DNA from: Candidatus Magasanikiibacteriota bacterium
GTDB lineage: Bacteria > Patescibacteriota > Patescibacteriia > Magasanikbacterales > GWA2-37-8
Assembly: GCA_016182085.1 (NCBI GenBank)
Contig: JACOYB010000006.1
Location: 88,980-152,979, forward strand
DNA length: 64,000 nucleotides
Reading direction: 5' to 3'
Below, in pieces: positions 46,935 through 56,900 of this stretch. Numbering within the stretch: the stretch's first letter is position 1; each line of letters starts with the position of its first letter. The position numbers were made by a program, and so were the translations under genes. The notes under the pieces were generated by a model. That model was not told where the DNA came from. It saw only the letters and a program-made list of their open reading frames with translations, and ran no database searches.

Positions 46935-47699
46935 ATGTATGTGTATATCTACGACAATTTTTTACGTCAAAAAAATTTTCTTCCCATCGTCCACTCCATG
47001 GAAGTCGTACTTACCGACTACGGCATAGCTGGAAAAATTTTACGCTTGCAGAATTACACGGATTGTAAAACTATTATTGAGGATGAGATAAAGCGCGGCG
47101 CCAAAACCATCGTGATTGTTGGCAACGACGCCACGTTTGGACAAATTCTGTCTCGCAGCGCCACCGCCAATTGTACGTTTGGTTTTTTGCCTGTGGGACC
47201 AAACAACACCATTGCCGAAGTCTTGGGCATTCCGGTTGGAGTAGAAGCCTGTACGGTGCTTTCACGCCGCCGCAAAGAGTTTTTGGATGTGGGGTGGATG
47301 AATAACAGATATTTTGTTTCCCAGCTAAAAGTCATGCCTTCTAATTTGGAGGTAGTTTATGATGAGCGATTTAAAGTAACGGCCACTGATAAAATGGAAG
47401 TAATTGTTTGTAATTTGCAGCCATTTTTTTGGAAGCGGGATAAAAAAGATAAAGAACAGCACGTGGTACATCCCCAAGATGGCAAGCTGGAAGCCTTTAT
47501 TAGGCCATTGACAAAAAGCGGCTGGTGGGGATATAAATATGAGGAACCAAGCATTTTTCCCTTTGAAGAAATGATAATTACCGGTCGGGAACCCTTTACC
47601 GTGGAAGCCGACGGAAAGATATCTAAAGAGATTAAGGTAAAAATAAAGCTGGCTCATAGCAAGGTAGAGATGATTGTTGGCAGGGATAGAAAATTTTAA
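46935..47699 (+). CDS. diacylglycerol-kinase-catalytic-domain (YegS/BmrU-like) lipid kinase, with variant Gly-rich loop
   Basis: IYDN, VIVGNDATFGQI (in place of GGDGT) and FGFLPVGPNNTIAEVLGIP match DAGK_cat topology. Confidence 0.6.
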   Translation: MYVYIYDNFLRQKNFLPIVHSMEVVLTDYGIAGKILRLQNYTDCKTIIEDEIKRGAKTIVIVGNDATFGQILSRSATANCTFGFLPVGPNNTIAEVLGIPVGVEACTVLSRRRKEFLDVGWMNNRYFVSQLKVMPSNLEVVYDERFKVTATDKMEVIVCNLQPFFWKRDKKDKEQHVVHPQDGKLEAFIRPLTKSGWWGYKYEEPSIFPFEEMIITGREPFTVEADGKISKEIKVKIKLAHSKVEMIVGRDRKF

Positions 47700-47707
47700 A
47701 TATTAAT

Positions 47708-47791
47708 GCCCAGGTGGCGAAATTGGTAGACGCACTACCTTGAGGTGGTAGCTCTCGCAAGGGAATGGAGGTTCGAGTCCTCTCCTGGGCA
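47708..47791 (+). tRNA. tRNA-Leu (anticodon GAG), long variable arm, no encoded CCA
   Basis: Cloverleaf folds by hand: acceptor GCCCAGG/CCTGGGC, anticodon stem CTACC/GGTAG, loop TTGAGGT, T-loop TTCGAGT. Confidence 0.8.
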
Positions 47792-47861
47792 CTGAAGAAG
47801 TCTCTCCTTTAACTTTTTAGAGAAAAGTGCTACTATTTAAGTAGTATTTTTAACATTCTTT

Positions 47862-48104
47862 ATGCGTTATATAATCGGAATTATCATGGTGCTTGTTGGT
47901 ATTTTGTTAGTTCTTAAAACCGAATGGTTCGTTCAAAATTTTGGATCCAATGCCTGGGCCGAAGAACATCTGGGCACGAGCGGCGGCACGCGACTTATGT
48001 ATAAACTTATCGGAATCGCGTTTATATTTTTTGGGTTTTTAGCAATTACCAACTTACATCAAAGTTTCCTGCTTGGAACAATTGGTAAAATTTTTATAAG
48101 ATAA
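47862..48104 (+). CDS. hypothetical small 2-TM membrane protein
   Basis: 80-aa ORF with two hydrophobic helices. Confidence 0.35.
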   Translation: MRYIIGIIMVLVGILLVLKTEWFVQNFGSNAWAEEHLGTSGGTRLMYKLIGIAFIFFGFLAITNLHQSFLLGTIGKIFIR

Positions 48105-48140
48105 TTTAGAATATAGAACATAGTTTTAGAATTTAGTCTT

Positions 48141-48689
48141 ATGGCACATTCCGGTACAGCTTTAATTGATCCGTATAAAATTTTTGAAAAAATATCTCTG
48201 TCCCAAGGGCAGCGCGTGGCCGATTTGGGCTGTGGCCGAACGGGCCATTTTGTGTTTCCGGCAGTGAAGGTAGTGGGAGACAAGGGTATAGTCTATGCCG
48301 TAGACGTGGTAAAGAATATTTTAGAAAGCATAAAAAGCCTGGCTCGGAGCGAAGGTTTTGATAACGTACAGACCGTATGGTCTGATATAGAGTTGCCGGG
48401 CAAGACCCCTATCCCGGATGGCTCCCTTGACGTATGTTTTTATGTTAATGTATTATTTCAGCTAAAGAATAAGCAAGCTTCTTTGCAAGAAGGCGCGCGT
48501 ATGTTAAAAAAGGGCGGATACCTGGTGATAGTAGATTGGGCAAAAAAACTCGGCATGCTTGGGCCGTCGCCGGAACTGATGGTTAATCCGGACGAAATAA
48601 CCAGTTTAGCCGCAAAACAGAATTTAAAATTTATAGATAAGTTGCTCCCTGGAGATTATCATTTTTCTTTAATCTTTGAAAAAGTTTAG
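48141..48689 (+). CDS. class I SAM-dependent methyltransferase
   Basis: VADLGCGRTGHF (motif I) and acidic motif II (AVDV). Confidence 0.6.
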   Translation: MAHSGTALIDPYKIFEKISLSQGQRVADLGCGRTGHFVFPAVKVVGDKGIVYAVDVVKNILESIKSLARSEGFDNVQTVWSDIELPGKTPIPDGSLDVCFYVNVLFQLKNKQASLQEGARMLKKGGYLVIVDWAKKLGMLGPSPELMVNPDEITSLAAKQNLKFIDKLLPGDYHFSLIFEKV

Positions 48690-49098
48690 TATGAATATCG
48701 CAAATTTGTTTACGTTGGATTATTGGTTTGGCCAGCCGTTTGCGGCTCAGGGGTCGTCGCTGTGGTTGCTCATCGGCGGATTTTTATTGTGTATCGTAGC
48801 GGGTTTAATTTGTAAAATAGCATCTCAGTTTAAAGAAGAAAAATTTAAAAAAATAATCTTAAAAAGATTAGGTAACTTAGGCACGGTCATGGGTTTTTTG
48901 GGATTGGTGTGGATGTTCTTCCGTCAGGAAGGGGCTGTATTTTTAGCTTGGCGTTTTTGGTTATTATTGTGGCTGGCAGGATTTTTCTGGCGGTTATCAA
49001 TTATAGTGCGTTACATGGTTAAAAGAGTTCCCGATATCAAGCAGGAAGAAGAAAAGCGCGTTCAAATAGAAAAATACTTGCCAAAATCAAATAAATAA
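48676..49098 (+). CDS. hypothetical membrane protein
   Basis: 140-aa ORF with 3 predicted TM helices. Overlaps the preceding gene by 14 nt. Confidence 0.4.
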   Translation: MKKFSMNIANLFTLDYWFGQPFAAQGSSLWLLIGGFLLCIVAGLICKIASQFKEEKFKKIILKRLGNLGTVMGFLGLVWMFFRQEGAVFLAWRFWLLLWLAGFFWRLSIIVRYMVKRVPDIKQEEEKRVQIEKYLPKSNK

Positions 49099-49106
49099 AA
49101 AATTTC

Positions 49107-49463
49107 ATGCCAAGGAGGAGAAAAAATTTAGGCGATTGGGGTGAGACACAGGCCTGTAAATTTTTAGAGCGCCACGGATTTAAAATAATTGAACGTAACT
49201 ATCATACAACTATGGGTGAAATAGATGTCATCGCCGCCAAAAGCGATGATTATTATTTTATTGAAGTAAAAACTAGAAGGGACAGCGAACTGGCTCACGA
49301 CGATTCCATTACATATACTAAAAAGAGGCGCATGGCTAAAACAGTTCGCGCTTATTGCTACGCTCGTAATATCAAAGATAAGGCCATTATTATGGCCGGC
49401 TTAATTACGCAAGTGAAGCAGGCAGAAAAGAAGGTGGGCTTTAGATTTTATGTTATTTCCTAG
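49107..49463 (+). CDS. YraN-family (UPF0102) endonuclease-like protein
   Basis: GE.A..FL...G..I..RN.....GEIDVIA..........EVKTR signature. Confidence 0.7.
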   Translation: MPRRRKNLGDWGETQACKFLERHGFKIIERNYHTTMGEIDVIAAKSDDYYFIEVKTRRDSELAHDDSITYTKKRRMAKTVRAYCYARNIKDKAIIMAGLITQVKQAEKKVGFRFYVIS

Positions 49464-49544
49464 CTTTGGTGCGGGGTTGACTTTTTATCTGTTTTAGACT
49501 ATTATTAAACAAATTAAATCTTATTAACCACTAAAGAATTTATT

Positions 49545-50147
49545 ATGACTCACCCTTCCGCAGAAAGAACGTTTGTGATGATCAAACCCGATGGCGTGCA
49601 GCGTGGTTTGGTTGGAGAAATTTTAAAAAGAATAGAGCGAGTTGGTTTAAAGATTAGCGCTTTAAAAATGGTAGTGCCCACCGAAGAGCAGTGCTGGACC
49701 CATTACAATAAAGACGAAGCTTGGTTTCTTAAAAAAGGCGAGCGTACTATAAACGATCGCCAATCATTAGGACTTCTGGTGGATAAGGAAGCTATAGAAT
49801 ATGGCAAAGATATCGTGCGAGCACTCGTAAAATTCATGACTTCCGGACCAGTGGTTGCTATGGTGCTTTCTGGAAATCAGGCTGTGGGTATTGTGACAAA
49901 ATTAGTAGGCGGCACCGAACCGCTTACTTCCGATGTTGGTACAATTCGCGGTGATTTTACTTTGGATTCATATAACCTTTCCAGCCAAGACGAGCGCGCC
50001 GTACGAAATTTAATCCACTGTTCCGATAAGCCGGAAGAAGCCGAGCGAGAAATGAAAATCTGGTTTAAACCGGAAGAAATCATCGGTTACCGTCAGTTAA
50101 ATGAAGAGATACTGTACGACGTGAACTTGGATGGAATCTTGGAATAA
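49545..50147 (+). CDS. ndk: nucleoside-diphosphate kinase (long form, ~200 aa)
   Basis: ERTFVMIKPDGVQRGLVGEI N-terminus and NLIHCSD active-site His motif. ~50 extra residues compared with typical 140-aa NDKs. Confidence 0.8.
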   Translation: MTHPSAERTFVMIKPDGVQRGLVGEILKRIERVGLKISALKMVVPTEEQCWTHYNKDEAWFLKKGERTINDRQSLGLLVDKEAIEYGKDIVRALVKFMTSGPVVAMVLSGNQAVGIVTKLVGGTEPLTSDVGTIRGDFTLDSYNLSSQDERAVRNLIHCSDKPEEAEREMKIWFKPEEIIGYRQLNEEILYDVNLDGILE

Positions 50148-50183
50148 TAACAAAAAATACCCCTCATATGGGGTGTTTTTTTA

Positions 50184-50212
50184 TTGAAAAACCGGTAAAA
50201 TAGAGATATAAT
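50184..50212 (+). promoter_or_regulatory. sigma70-like promoter TTGAAA-17-TATAAT
   Basis: Perfect -10 hexamer with 17-nt spacing, ~15 nt upstream of the ftsI-like ORF. Confidence 0.5.
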
Positions 50213-50227
50213 AGGAACCCGTTTAAG

Positions 50228-51976
50228 ATGGGTATTTGCTGTAATTTTATGATTAAAAAAGAGAATGATAAATCATTACGAGTTGCTTCAGTGTTAATAT
50301 TATTAGGAGCGTTTGCGATCGTCGTACGATTGTTTGTTCTGCAATTTGTTGAACATACATATTACTTAGCTCTGGCTGCAAGTAACTATGAAATTTACGA
50401 ACAACTCTATCCGCATCGCGGCAGTATTTTTTTTCAAGATACCCGCGGTAATCATAAAGAATATGCGGCTGCCGTAAATCGCCAGTATTATTCCGTTTAC
50501 GCGGTGCCGCGCGACGTGCCGGCTGACACCCTCGCTTCCACAACCAATTTTTTGGCCGGTATCCTTAATTTTTCTGACGAAGAAAAAAATAGTTTGGCCA
50601 TGAAGCTGGCAAAGAAGAATGATCCGTATGAGCCAATTGCTAAAAAAATTCATGAAGACCTCAAGGATATAATCCAATCGGCCGGTTTGCCGGGAATATA
50701 CACGACCGGACAGGAGTTTAGATATTATCCGGAGGGCAACTTGGCCGCCAATGTCTTGGGGTTTACGGCCCAGGATGATAAGGGTCAATTATTGGGACGC
50801 TATGGCATAGAGGGTTTTTGGGACAGTACCCTCACCGGTAAAAGCGGTTTTTTGGCAGGTGAAAAAGGGGCGCTGGGCAGTATTATATCTGTTGCCAATC
50901 GCACCTTAAAACCAGCCGAAGATGGCGCTGGCTTGCTCCTGACAATAGATAGAAATTTGCAATATAAAGCTTGCCAGCGTCTACAGGAAGGATTTATTCA
51001 GCATCAAGCCAGGAGCGCGGCTTTAGTGCTTATGAATCCAAAAACCGGCGCTGTACTTGCGATGTGCAGTTTGCCGGATTTTGATCCGAATAATTATTCC
51101 AATGTCGGCGATGTAAGCACCTATAATAACACGACTGTGTTTACTCCCTATGAACCAGGTTCGGTATTTAAGCCGCTCATTATGTCGGTAGCGCTGGATT
51201 TGGATTTGGTAAGTCCATTTACTACCTACGTTGATACGGGTGAGCGAGTTATAAATGGATACCATATCCGCAATGCCCTAGAGAAGGTTTACGGTCTTTC
51301 CACGATGACAAAAGTTTTGGAAAGTTCCATAAATACCGGTATGATCTGGGTGGCGGAAAAAATTGGCCGCGAGCGTTTTAAGGAATACGTGGCCACATTT
51401 GGTTTTGGCCAGAAAACCGGTATTGGTTTAGATACGGAAAGTTCAGGTAATATTGCCAGCCTTGATCAGAGGGCTGAAGTAAATATGGCCGCCGCGTCCT
51501 TTGGGCAGGGGCTGACAGCTACGCCGATTCAACTCGCAACCGCATATTCGGCGCTCGCAAACGAAGGCAAAATGCCCAAGCCATATATTGTGGAAGAAAT
51601 ACGACATCCGAGCGGTCAGGTTGAAAAAACCGAACCGCAGACCGAGGTTGTAATTTCTGCCAGTACTGCTAAACTGATTACGGCCATGCTTATATCGGTA
51701 GTGGAAAAAACATACGCGGCTTCGGCAGGTATGAAAAATTATTTTGTGGCTGCTAAAACCGGTACGGCTCAAATTCCGGAAAAGGGCGGTTATAAAAAAG
51801 ACGAAACTAACCACACATTTGTCGGGTATTTTCCAGCCAAGAATCCGCAGTTTGTATTGCTGGTAAAATACGAAGCGCCAAAACAAAATTGGGCCGAATC
51901 CACAGCCGCGCCCGTATTTAAAGATATAGCTAAATTTACCTTGGATTATTACGGCACCCCAGGAGATAAAAATTAA
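50228..51976 (+). CDS. ftsI: penicillin-binding protein 2 / FtsI-type peptidoglycan D,D-transpeptidase
   Basis: N-terminal TM anchor. SVFKP (SxxK), SSN (ESSINTG) and KTGTA motifs. Alternative start ATG 50249. Confidence 0.8.
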   Translation: MGICCNFMIKKENDKSLRVASVLILLGAFAIVVRLFVLQFVEHTYYLALAASNYEIYEQLYPHRGSIFFQDTRGNHKEYAAAVNRQYYSVYAVPRDVPADTLASTTNFLAGILNFSDEEKNSLAMKLAKKNDPYEPIAKKIHEDLKDIIQSAGLPGIYTTGQEFRYYPEGNLAANVLGFTAQDDKGQLLGRYGIEGFWDSTLTGKSGFLAGEKGALGSIISVANRTLKPAEDGAGLLLTIDRNLQYKACQRLQEGFIQHQARSAALVLMNPKTGAVLAMCSLPDFDPNNYSNVGDVSTYNNTTVFTPYEPGSVFKPLIMSVALDLDLVSPFTTYVDTGERVINGYHIRNALEKVYGLSTMTKVLESSINTGMIWVAEKIGRERFKEYVATFGFGQKTGIGLDTESSGNIASLDQRAEVNMAAASFGQGLTATPIQLATAYSALANEGKMPKPYIVEEIRHPSGQVEKTEPQTEVVISASTAKLITAMLISVVEKTYAASAGMKNYFVAAKTGTAQIPEKGGYKKDETNHTFVGYFPAKNPQFVLLVKYEAPKQNWAESTAAPVFKDIAKFTLDYYGTPGDKN

Positions 51977-52039
51977 TTTGCCACGCGTCAAATTGCGTTG
52001 CACGAGATAATTATGGTTTAATCAATTTCGTTCAATCAT

Positions 52040-53329
52040 ATGCTTAAATCATGGCTGCAATATTTATTGGCAAAACTATCAAAGCAAATCCTTAAAAAAT
52101 ATAAACCGGATATTGTTGGTATTACCGGTTCAGTGGGAAAAACCTCTAGCAAGGAAGCGGTCGCGGTCGTGCTGGAAGTTAAGTTTTCCGTTCGCCGCAC
52201 GACTAAAAATTATAATAATGAGATAGGCGTACCCCTAACCATCATTGGCGTAGAAAAAACACCTGGTAAATCAATCCTGGGTTGGCTTAGCGTAATTATT
52301 AAAGCAAAGAAACTACTCTGGCAGCGAGATCCAAGCTATCCGGAAGTTTTGGTTTTGGAAATGGGCGCTGACAAACCGGGTGATATTGAATATTTAACCG
52401 AACTTGCCCCATGCAAAGTAGGAGTTCTTACCTTTATCTCTCATGCCCACACGGAATTTTTTAAGACTATTAAAAAAATCGCTCAAGAAAAAAGAATTAT
52501 TATTTCCCATCTCAAGCAAGATGGGTTTGCGGTGCTTAATTTTGATAATGATTTGGTGATGCAAAATAGCAATATGACCAAAGCCGAAGTTGTAACCTAC
52601 GGTTTTAAAGACGGAGCCGATTTGAGAGCTACGGACGTTAATATTATAAAAGATGAAGCGAGCGGTTGGCCCGCTGGTTTAAATTTTAAAGTTTTATATA
52701 AAGGCAGCGTGGTGCCGGTATTTTTACCCGGCGTTATTTCTAAATCAGTTATTTCAGCCGCCCTGTCGGGTTTGGCGGTGGGCACGGTATTTGGCGTGAA
52801 TTTAGTAGAGGGCGCGCAGGCGCTTAGCAATTTGGAAGGTATGCCTAGTCGTATGCGGCTTATTGAAGGGATTAAACATACCTTAATTATAGATGATTCA
52901 TATAATTCCAGCCCAGAAGCAGCTAGGGCTGCAGTAGAAACATTAGGCCAGCTTGAACTCAAAGACGGGGCCAGGCGGTATGTAGCTTTGGGAGATATGT
53001 TAGAGTTAGGTTCAGAAACTGAAAATACTCACCGCGAGCTGGGGTTTAAGGTGGCAGAATTAGGATTGGATTTTTTAATAACCGTGGGGGAAGCGGCTAA
53101 ATATATTGCCGCCGCCGCGCAAGAAGCCGGACTAGACCAGGATAAAATAGCTTCATTTGCGAGCAGTGTAGAAGCCGGCAAATTTTTGCAGGAAAAAATA
53201 AAAGAAGGCGATGTGGTGCTCGTAAAGGGATCGCAAGGGGTGCGGATGGAAAAAATAGTTAAAGAAATAATGGCTGAACCGTTGCAAGCGCCCGTTTTGC
53301 TTTGTCGCCAGAGTAAGGAGTGGGAATAG
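52040..53329 (+). CDS. murF: UDP-N-acetylmuramoyl-tripeptide--D-alanyl-D-alanine ligase
   Basis: GITGSVGKTS P-loop. Mur ligase middle and C-terminal domain layout. Confidence 0.8.
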   Translation: MLKSWLQYLLAKLSKQILKKYKPDIVGITGSVGKTSSKEAVAVVLEVKFSVRRTTKNYNNEIGVPLTIIGVEKTPGKSILGWLSVIIKAKKLLWQRDPSYPEVLVLEMGADKPGDIEYLTELAPCKVGVLTFISHAHTEFFKTIKKIAQEKRIIISHLKQDGFAVLNFDNDLVMQNSNMTKAEVVTYGFKDGADLRATDVNIIKDEASGWPAGLNFKVLYKGSVVPVFLPGVISKSVISAALSGLAVGTVFGVNLVEGAQALSNLEGMPSRMRLIEGIKHTLIIDDSYNSSPEAARAAVETLGQLELKDGARRYVALGDMLELGSETENTHRELGFKVAELGLDFLITVGEAAKYIAAAAQEAGLDQDKIASFASSVEAGKFLQEKIKEGDVVLVKGSQGVRMEKIVKEIMAEPLQAPVLLCRQSKEWE

Positions 53330-53335
53330 AAAGGT

Positions 53336-54199
53336 ATGCCGGAACTTCCAGAGGTGGAAACAATTAGACGCGATCTGCTGCCCGTACTTATTGGTAAAAA
53401 AATAACCGGTGTCAGCGTGCTGCACAAAGCGCCCATTAAAGACGGAGTAAAAAAATTTCAAGCGGCGCTGCGATATAAAACCATACGAGGTATTGAGCGA
53501 ATCGGAAAACTTTTGATGTTTGATTTGTCAGACGGTAATTTTTTGTTGATACATTTAAAAATGACCGGTCAGCTTGTTTACGAGTACGACAAAAAGTTTG
53601 TGGCCGGAGGTCATAGCTTCTCATCATTTGACGCCGCAGCCTTACCCGATAGGTATACCTGGGTGGTAGTGCGTTTTAACGATGGATCAAGTTTATACTT
53701 TAATGACATGCGTAAGTTTGGATATTTAAAAATTGTTGATATAAAACAAAAAGAAAAAATTATGGCCGGCTATGGCGCGGAGCCGTTAACCAAATATTTT
53801 ACATTAAAAAATTTTTTCAATATTTTGGAAAGAAGAAACGCGCCGATAAAATCGGTTTTACTTAACCAGTCGCTGATAGCCGGTATTGGAAATATCTATG
53901 CCGATGAAATTTGTTTTGAAGCTGGTATTTTTCCCGGTACCAAGGCGAATCGTTTAAGCATTGTGGAAAAAAATAAACTGTTTAAGGCTATTAATAAAAT
54001 TTTAAAAAAAGCCATAAAGTACAAAGGCACGACATTTAAAACATATATTGGCGCTGGTGGAAGAAAAGGCAATTTTTCGGATTTTTTACGCGTGTATCAA
54101 AAAGATGGAGAGTCGTGCACGCGTTGCCGTAAAGCTATAATTATAGTCAAGAAAATTGGCGGCCGCAGTTCGCGCTATTGTCCGGTTTGTCAAAAGTGA
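53336..54199 (+). CDS. mutM: formamidopyrimidine-DNA glycosylase
   Basis: MPELPEVE N-terminus (catalytic Pro2/Glu3) and C-terminal CxxC...CxxC zinc finger. Confidence 0.85.
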   Translation: MPELPEVETIRRDLLPVLIGKKITGVSVLHKAPIKDGVKKFQAALRYKTIRGIERIGKLLMFDLSDGNFLLIHLKMTGQLVYEYDKKFVAGGHSFSSFDAAALPDRYTWVVVRFNDGSSLYFNDMRKFGYLKIVDIKQKEKIMAGYGAEPLTKYFTLKNFFNILERRNAPIKSVLLNQSLIAGIGNIYADEICFEAGIFPGTKANRLSIVEKNKLFKAINKILKKAIKYKGTTFKTYIGAGGRKGNFSDFLRVYQKDGESCTRCRKAIIIVKKIGGRSSRYCPVCQK

Positions 54200-54233
54200 T
54201 ACAATACGATCAATTTTCAAGAGGGAGGCGCGC

Positions 54234-54356
54234 ATGATCAGCCAAGAGACAATGGAGAGATTGGACAAGACAGTTACGTTTGTCTGGATCACAGGGTTTG
54301 TCATAGGCTACTTTGCCTGGTCCATGTATAGACCGCGGTTGTGGACTAGGCGGTAG
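54234..54356 (+). CDS. candidate 40-aa single-TM small protein
   Basis: Strong SD GAGGGAGG lies 6-7 nt before the ATG at 54234. Hydrophobic core VTFVWITGFVIGYFAW. GC-stem terminator follows at 54377-54405. High local G+C. Confidence 0.4.
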   Translation: MISQETMERLDKTVTFVWITGFVIGYFAWSMYRPRLWTRR

Positions 54357-54477
54357 CTATTCACGGTACTTGCGCAAGCAGAGCGCTCCGACCTATAATC
54401 GGAGCGCGCGTTATTTATTATTGTAATTTCTTTGCTTTTAACAAAATCTTGTGATATTATAAAATTAATTTTGAGCT

Positions 54478-54903
54478 ATGTTTAATGATCAGTTAAAAAA
54501 AATTTCTTTTTCTGTTTCGCCAGGTAATCAGGCTGATTTTCTATATACAAAAAATCAAATGGGGGAGCATGCGGCCGAAGGGCAGTTAGCGGTGGATGTG
54601 GCGCAGACGGAGGATGAGCTCGTAATAGTCGCGGCTATGGCCGGCACCAAACCCGAACATATTCAGTTGCATTTACACAATGATCTGCTCACAATCCGCG
54701 GCGAGCGTTTTTCTCCGGTTGGATTATCCGGAGAACATTTTTATGAGGAGTGCTACTGGGGGAAGTTTTCACGCAGCATTATTCTGCCAATAGACGTTAA
54801 GGCCGAGCTGGCTCAAGCGCAATATAATAACGGTGTCTTAGTTATACGGCTGCCTAAAGCAAATCGCAATACAAATATTCCTATTATGGTGGTAGAAGAC
54901 TAA
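54478..54903 (+). CDS. Hsp20/alpha-crystallin family small heat-shock protein
   Basis: Alpha-crystallin domain (AVDVAQTEDELVIVAAMAGTKPE...LTIRGER). Confidence 0.75.
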   Translation: MFNDQLKKISFSVSPGNQADFLYTKNQMGEHAAEGQLAVDVAQTEDELVIVAAMAGTKPEHIQLHLHNDLLTIRGERFSPVGLSGEHFYEECYWGKFSRSIILPIDVKAELAQAQYNNGVLVIRLPKANRNTNIPIMVVED

Positions 54904-54912
54904 GCCGCGCAT

Positions 54913-56844
54913 ATGCCTAAGGATTTTCAAGAACAAGTAAAGCAGATTATTCCAATTCAGGAAAAGAAACGATGGCCTCAAAAATTAATGATCGGGGCCG
55001 GTATTTTTTTATTTGTAATCGTAATTCTTTTTAGTGGAAGTTGGGCATATGCCAGACTCTATAAAGGTAGGATTTATCCGGGGGTATATCTTGGCAGTCA
55101 TCATTTTGGCGGCCTTACCAGACAAGAAGCCAAAGATTTTATTGAAAATTTCAACAACCGAATGGTTAAGGAAAATCTGGATTTTAATTTTTCCAAAGAT
55201 AATGGCGCGCAAAATTTTAAATTAAGCGTAGTTTCAGTTGATGACAGTTCGGTGGAGATGGTGCGGGTAGATAGCGACAGTTCAGCGGATAAACTAATGG
55301 CAGCGGGCAGGTCAAATAATTTTTTTACAAATGTACTGCGCCCGATAAGGATTCTTTTTTCAAAGTTTAAGGGGAAGGCGGATGTGGCCATTGAAGATCG
55401 GTTTATTTCTAGCCTGGAGGATTATTTGACGCCATTTAGCGACATGCCGCGCAATGCTAATGTTAAAATTACAGATCTTTCCGCACTGGCCTACTCCGTT
55501 GAAAAAGAAAAAAGCGGGTATGTCTTTGATTATGAAGAGTTACGTTCCCGGTTGCAAGATCAGATTTTTATGTTGTCGCTCGCGCCGCTTACTGTCAATA
55601 AAAAACAATTTAACCCAGACGTGTTTGAGCCGGATTTAGCGCCCCTCATACCAAAACTTGGAGAAATATTTAATTACGGCGATCTGGGACTAAATTATAC
55701 GGATCCGCAAACGGGTGCCAAGCGTGATTGGAGTATTGGTCCGACTATATATTCCCAGTGGTTGGAAGCGCGCCGAGAAAATGGAGAGCCGGTATTTGCG
55801 TTAAATAGAGAAAAAGTAAAAAGCTATTTGGAAACTTTGCGCCCCGATATAGATGTTCCGGCCAAGGATGCAAAATTTGTTATGGAGAATGATAAAGTAA
55901 AAGAATTTCAAGCCCACCAATCAGGCATCAGTTTGAATGAAGAAAAGACATATCATGATCTGGATGCAATATTTAGAGAAAGAAATTATAGGCCGGCGGA
56001 ACTGGCAAAGACAATTACAGTTTCAACAGATATTGTGGAGCCGAATATTTTAATATCAAACCTCAATGATTTAGGTATTATGGAGATAGTGGGAGTGGGA
56101 TTGTCAACATTTAGAGATAGCCATACCAATCGTATAAAAAATATTGCTAATGCGGTGAAACGATTGAATGGCACTTTAATTAAGCCGGATGAAGAGTTTT
56201 CGGCCAATAAATATGCCGGTCCATACACGACTGCGAATGGATTTTTGCCGGAGCAGGTGATAAAAGGAAATAAAATAACACCCGAAGTTGGCGGCGGCAT
56301 GTGTCAAATTGGCACGACGCTATTTAGAGGGGCCATGAATTCAGGTATGCCAATTACCGAACGCCGCAATCATTCGTTGGTTGTAGGCTATTATGCCGAC
56401 CCGGTAAATGGAAACCCGGGAACTGATGCGACGCTATATGAACCGAGCGTTGATTTTAAATTCAAAAATGACACGGGTAATTATTTGCTTTTACAAACTT
56501 CTATAGATTATAAAAAACAAGAACTCGTCTTTACATTTTGGGGTAAAAGCGATGGGCGAAAAGGTTCTTACACTCATCCCAAGGTTAGTAAATGGATTCC
56601 AGTGGGCGAACCGCAGGAAGTGGTAGTTACCACTTTAAAACCAGGTGAACGTAAATGTCAAAATGCGTTCCGCGGCGCGGTGGCATCTTTTACCTATACC
56701 GTAATTAACCCAGCCGGCGAGAAAATCGAACGTGTGTTTGATAGTTATTATAGACCGTTATCGCAGATCTGTATGGTTGGGGCGCCGCTGGCTACGACCA
56801 CCCCGGCGGCAGACGCGCCGCTGGAAGTCAGTGATAGTATTTAA
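54913..56844 (+). CDS. VanW-family protein with N-terminal TM anchor
   Basis: GGGMCQIGTTLFRGAMNSGMPITERRNHS matches the VanW-domain core. Confidence 0.65.
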   Translation: MPKDFQEQVKQIIPIQEKKRWPQKLMIGAGIFLFVIVILFSGSWAYARLYKGRIYPGVYLGSHHFGGLTRQEAKDFIENFNNRMVKENLDFNFSKDNGAQNFKLSVVSVDDSSVEMVRVDSDSSADKLMAAGRSNNFFTNVLRPIRILFSKFKGKADVAIEDRFISSLEDYLTPFSDMPRNANVKITDLSALAYSVEKEKSGYVFDYEELRSRLQDQIFMLSLAPLTVNKKQFNPDVFEPDLAPLIPKLGEIFNYGDLGLNYTDPQTGAKRDWSIGPTIYSQWLEARRENGEPVFALNREKVKSYLETLRPDIDVPAKDAKFVMENDKVKEFQAHQSGISLNEEKTYHDLDAIFRERNYRPAELAKTITVSTDIVEPNILISNLNDLGIMEIVGVGLSTFRDSHTNRIKNIANAVKRLNGTLIKPDEEFSANKYAGPYTTANGFLPEQVIKGNKITPEVGGGMCQIGTTLFRGAMNSGMPITERRNHSLVVGYYADPVNGNPGTDATLYEPSVDFKFKNDTGNYLLLQTSIDYKKQELVFTFWGKSDGRKGSYTHPKVSKWIPVGEPQEVVVTTLKPGERKCQNAFRGAVASFTYTVINPAGEKIERVFDSYYRPLSQICMVGAPLATTTPAADAPLEVSDSI

Positions 56845-56859
56845 AATTTTTTCTAAAAA

Positions 56860-56900
56860 AATCCACCCCCGACGAGATGTCGGGGGTGGTTAATTTTTGT
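56860..56900 (+). terminator. strong rho-independent terminator (CCACCCCCGAC..GTCGGGGGTGG + T-run)
   Basis: 11-bp GC stem, 5-nt loop, T-rich tail. Confidence 0.65.

Noticed and set aside
54156-54233. Upstream extension of the small TM ORF (track start 54156) overlapping the mutM 3' end
   Set aside because: The strong SD sits immediately before the internal ATG at 54234. The extension overlaps the mutM zinc finger in another frame.
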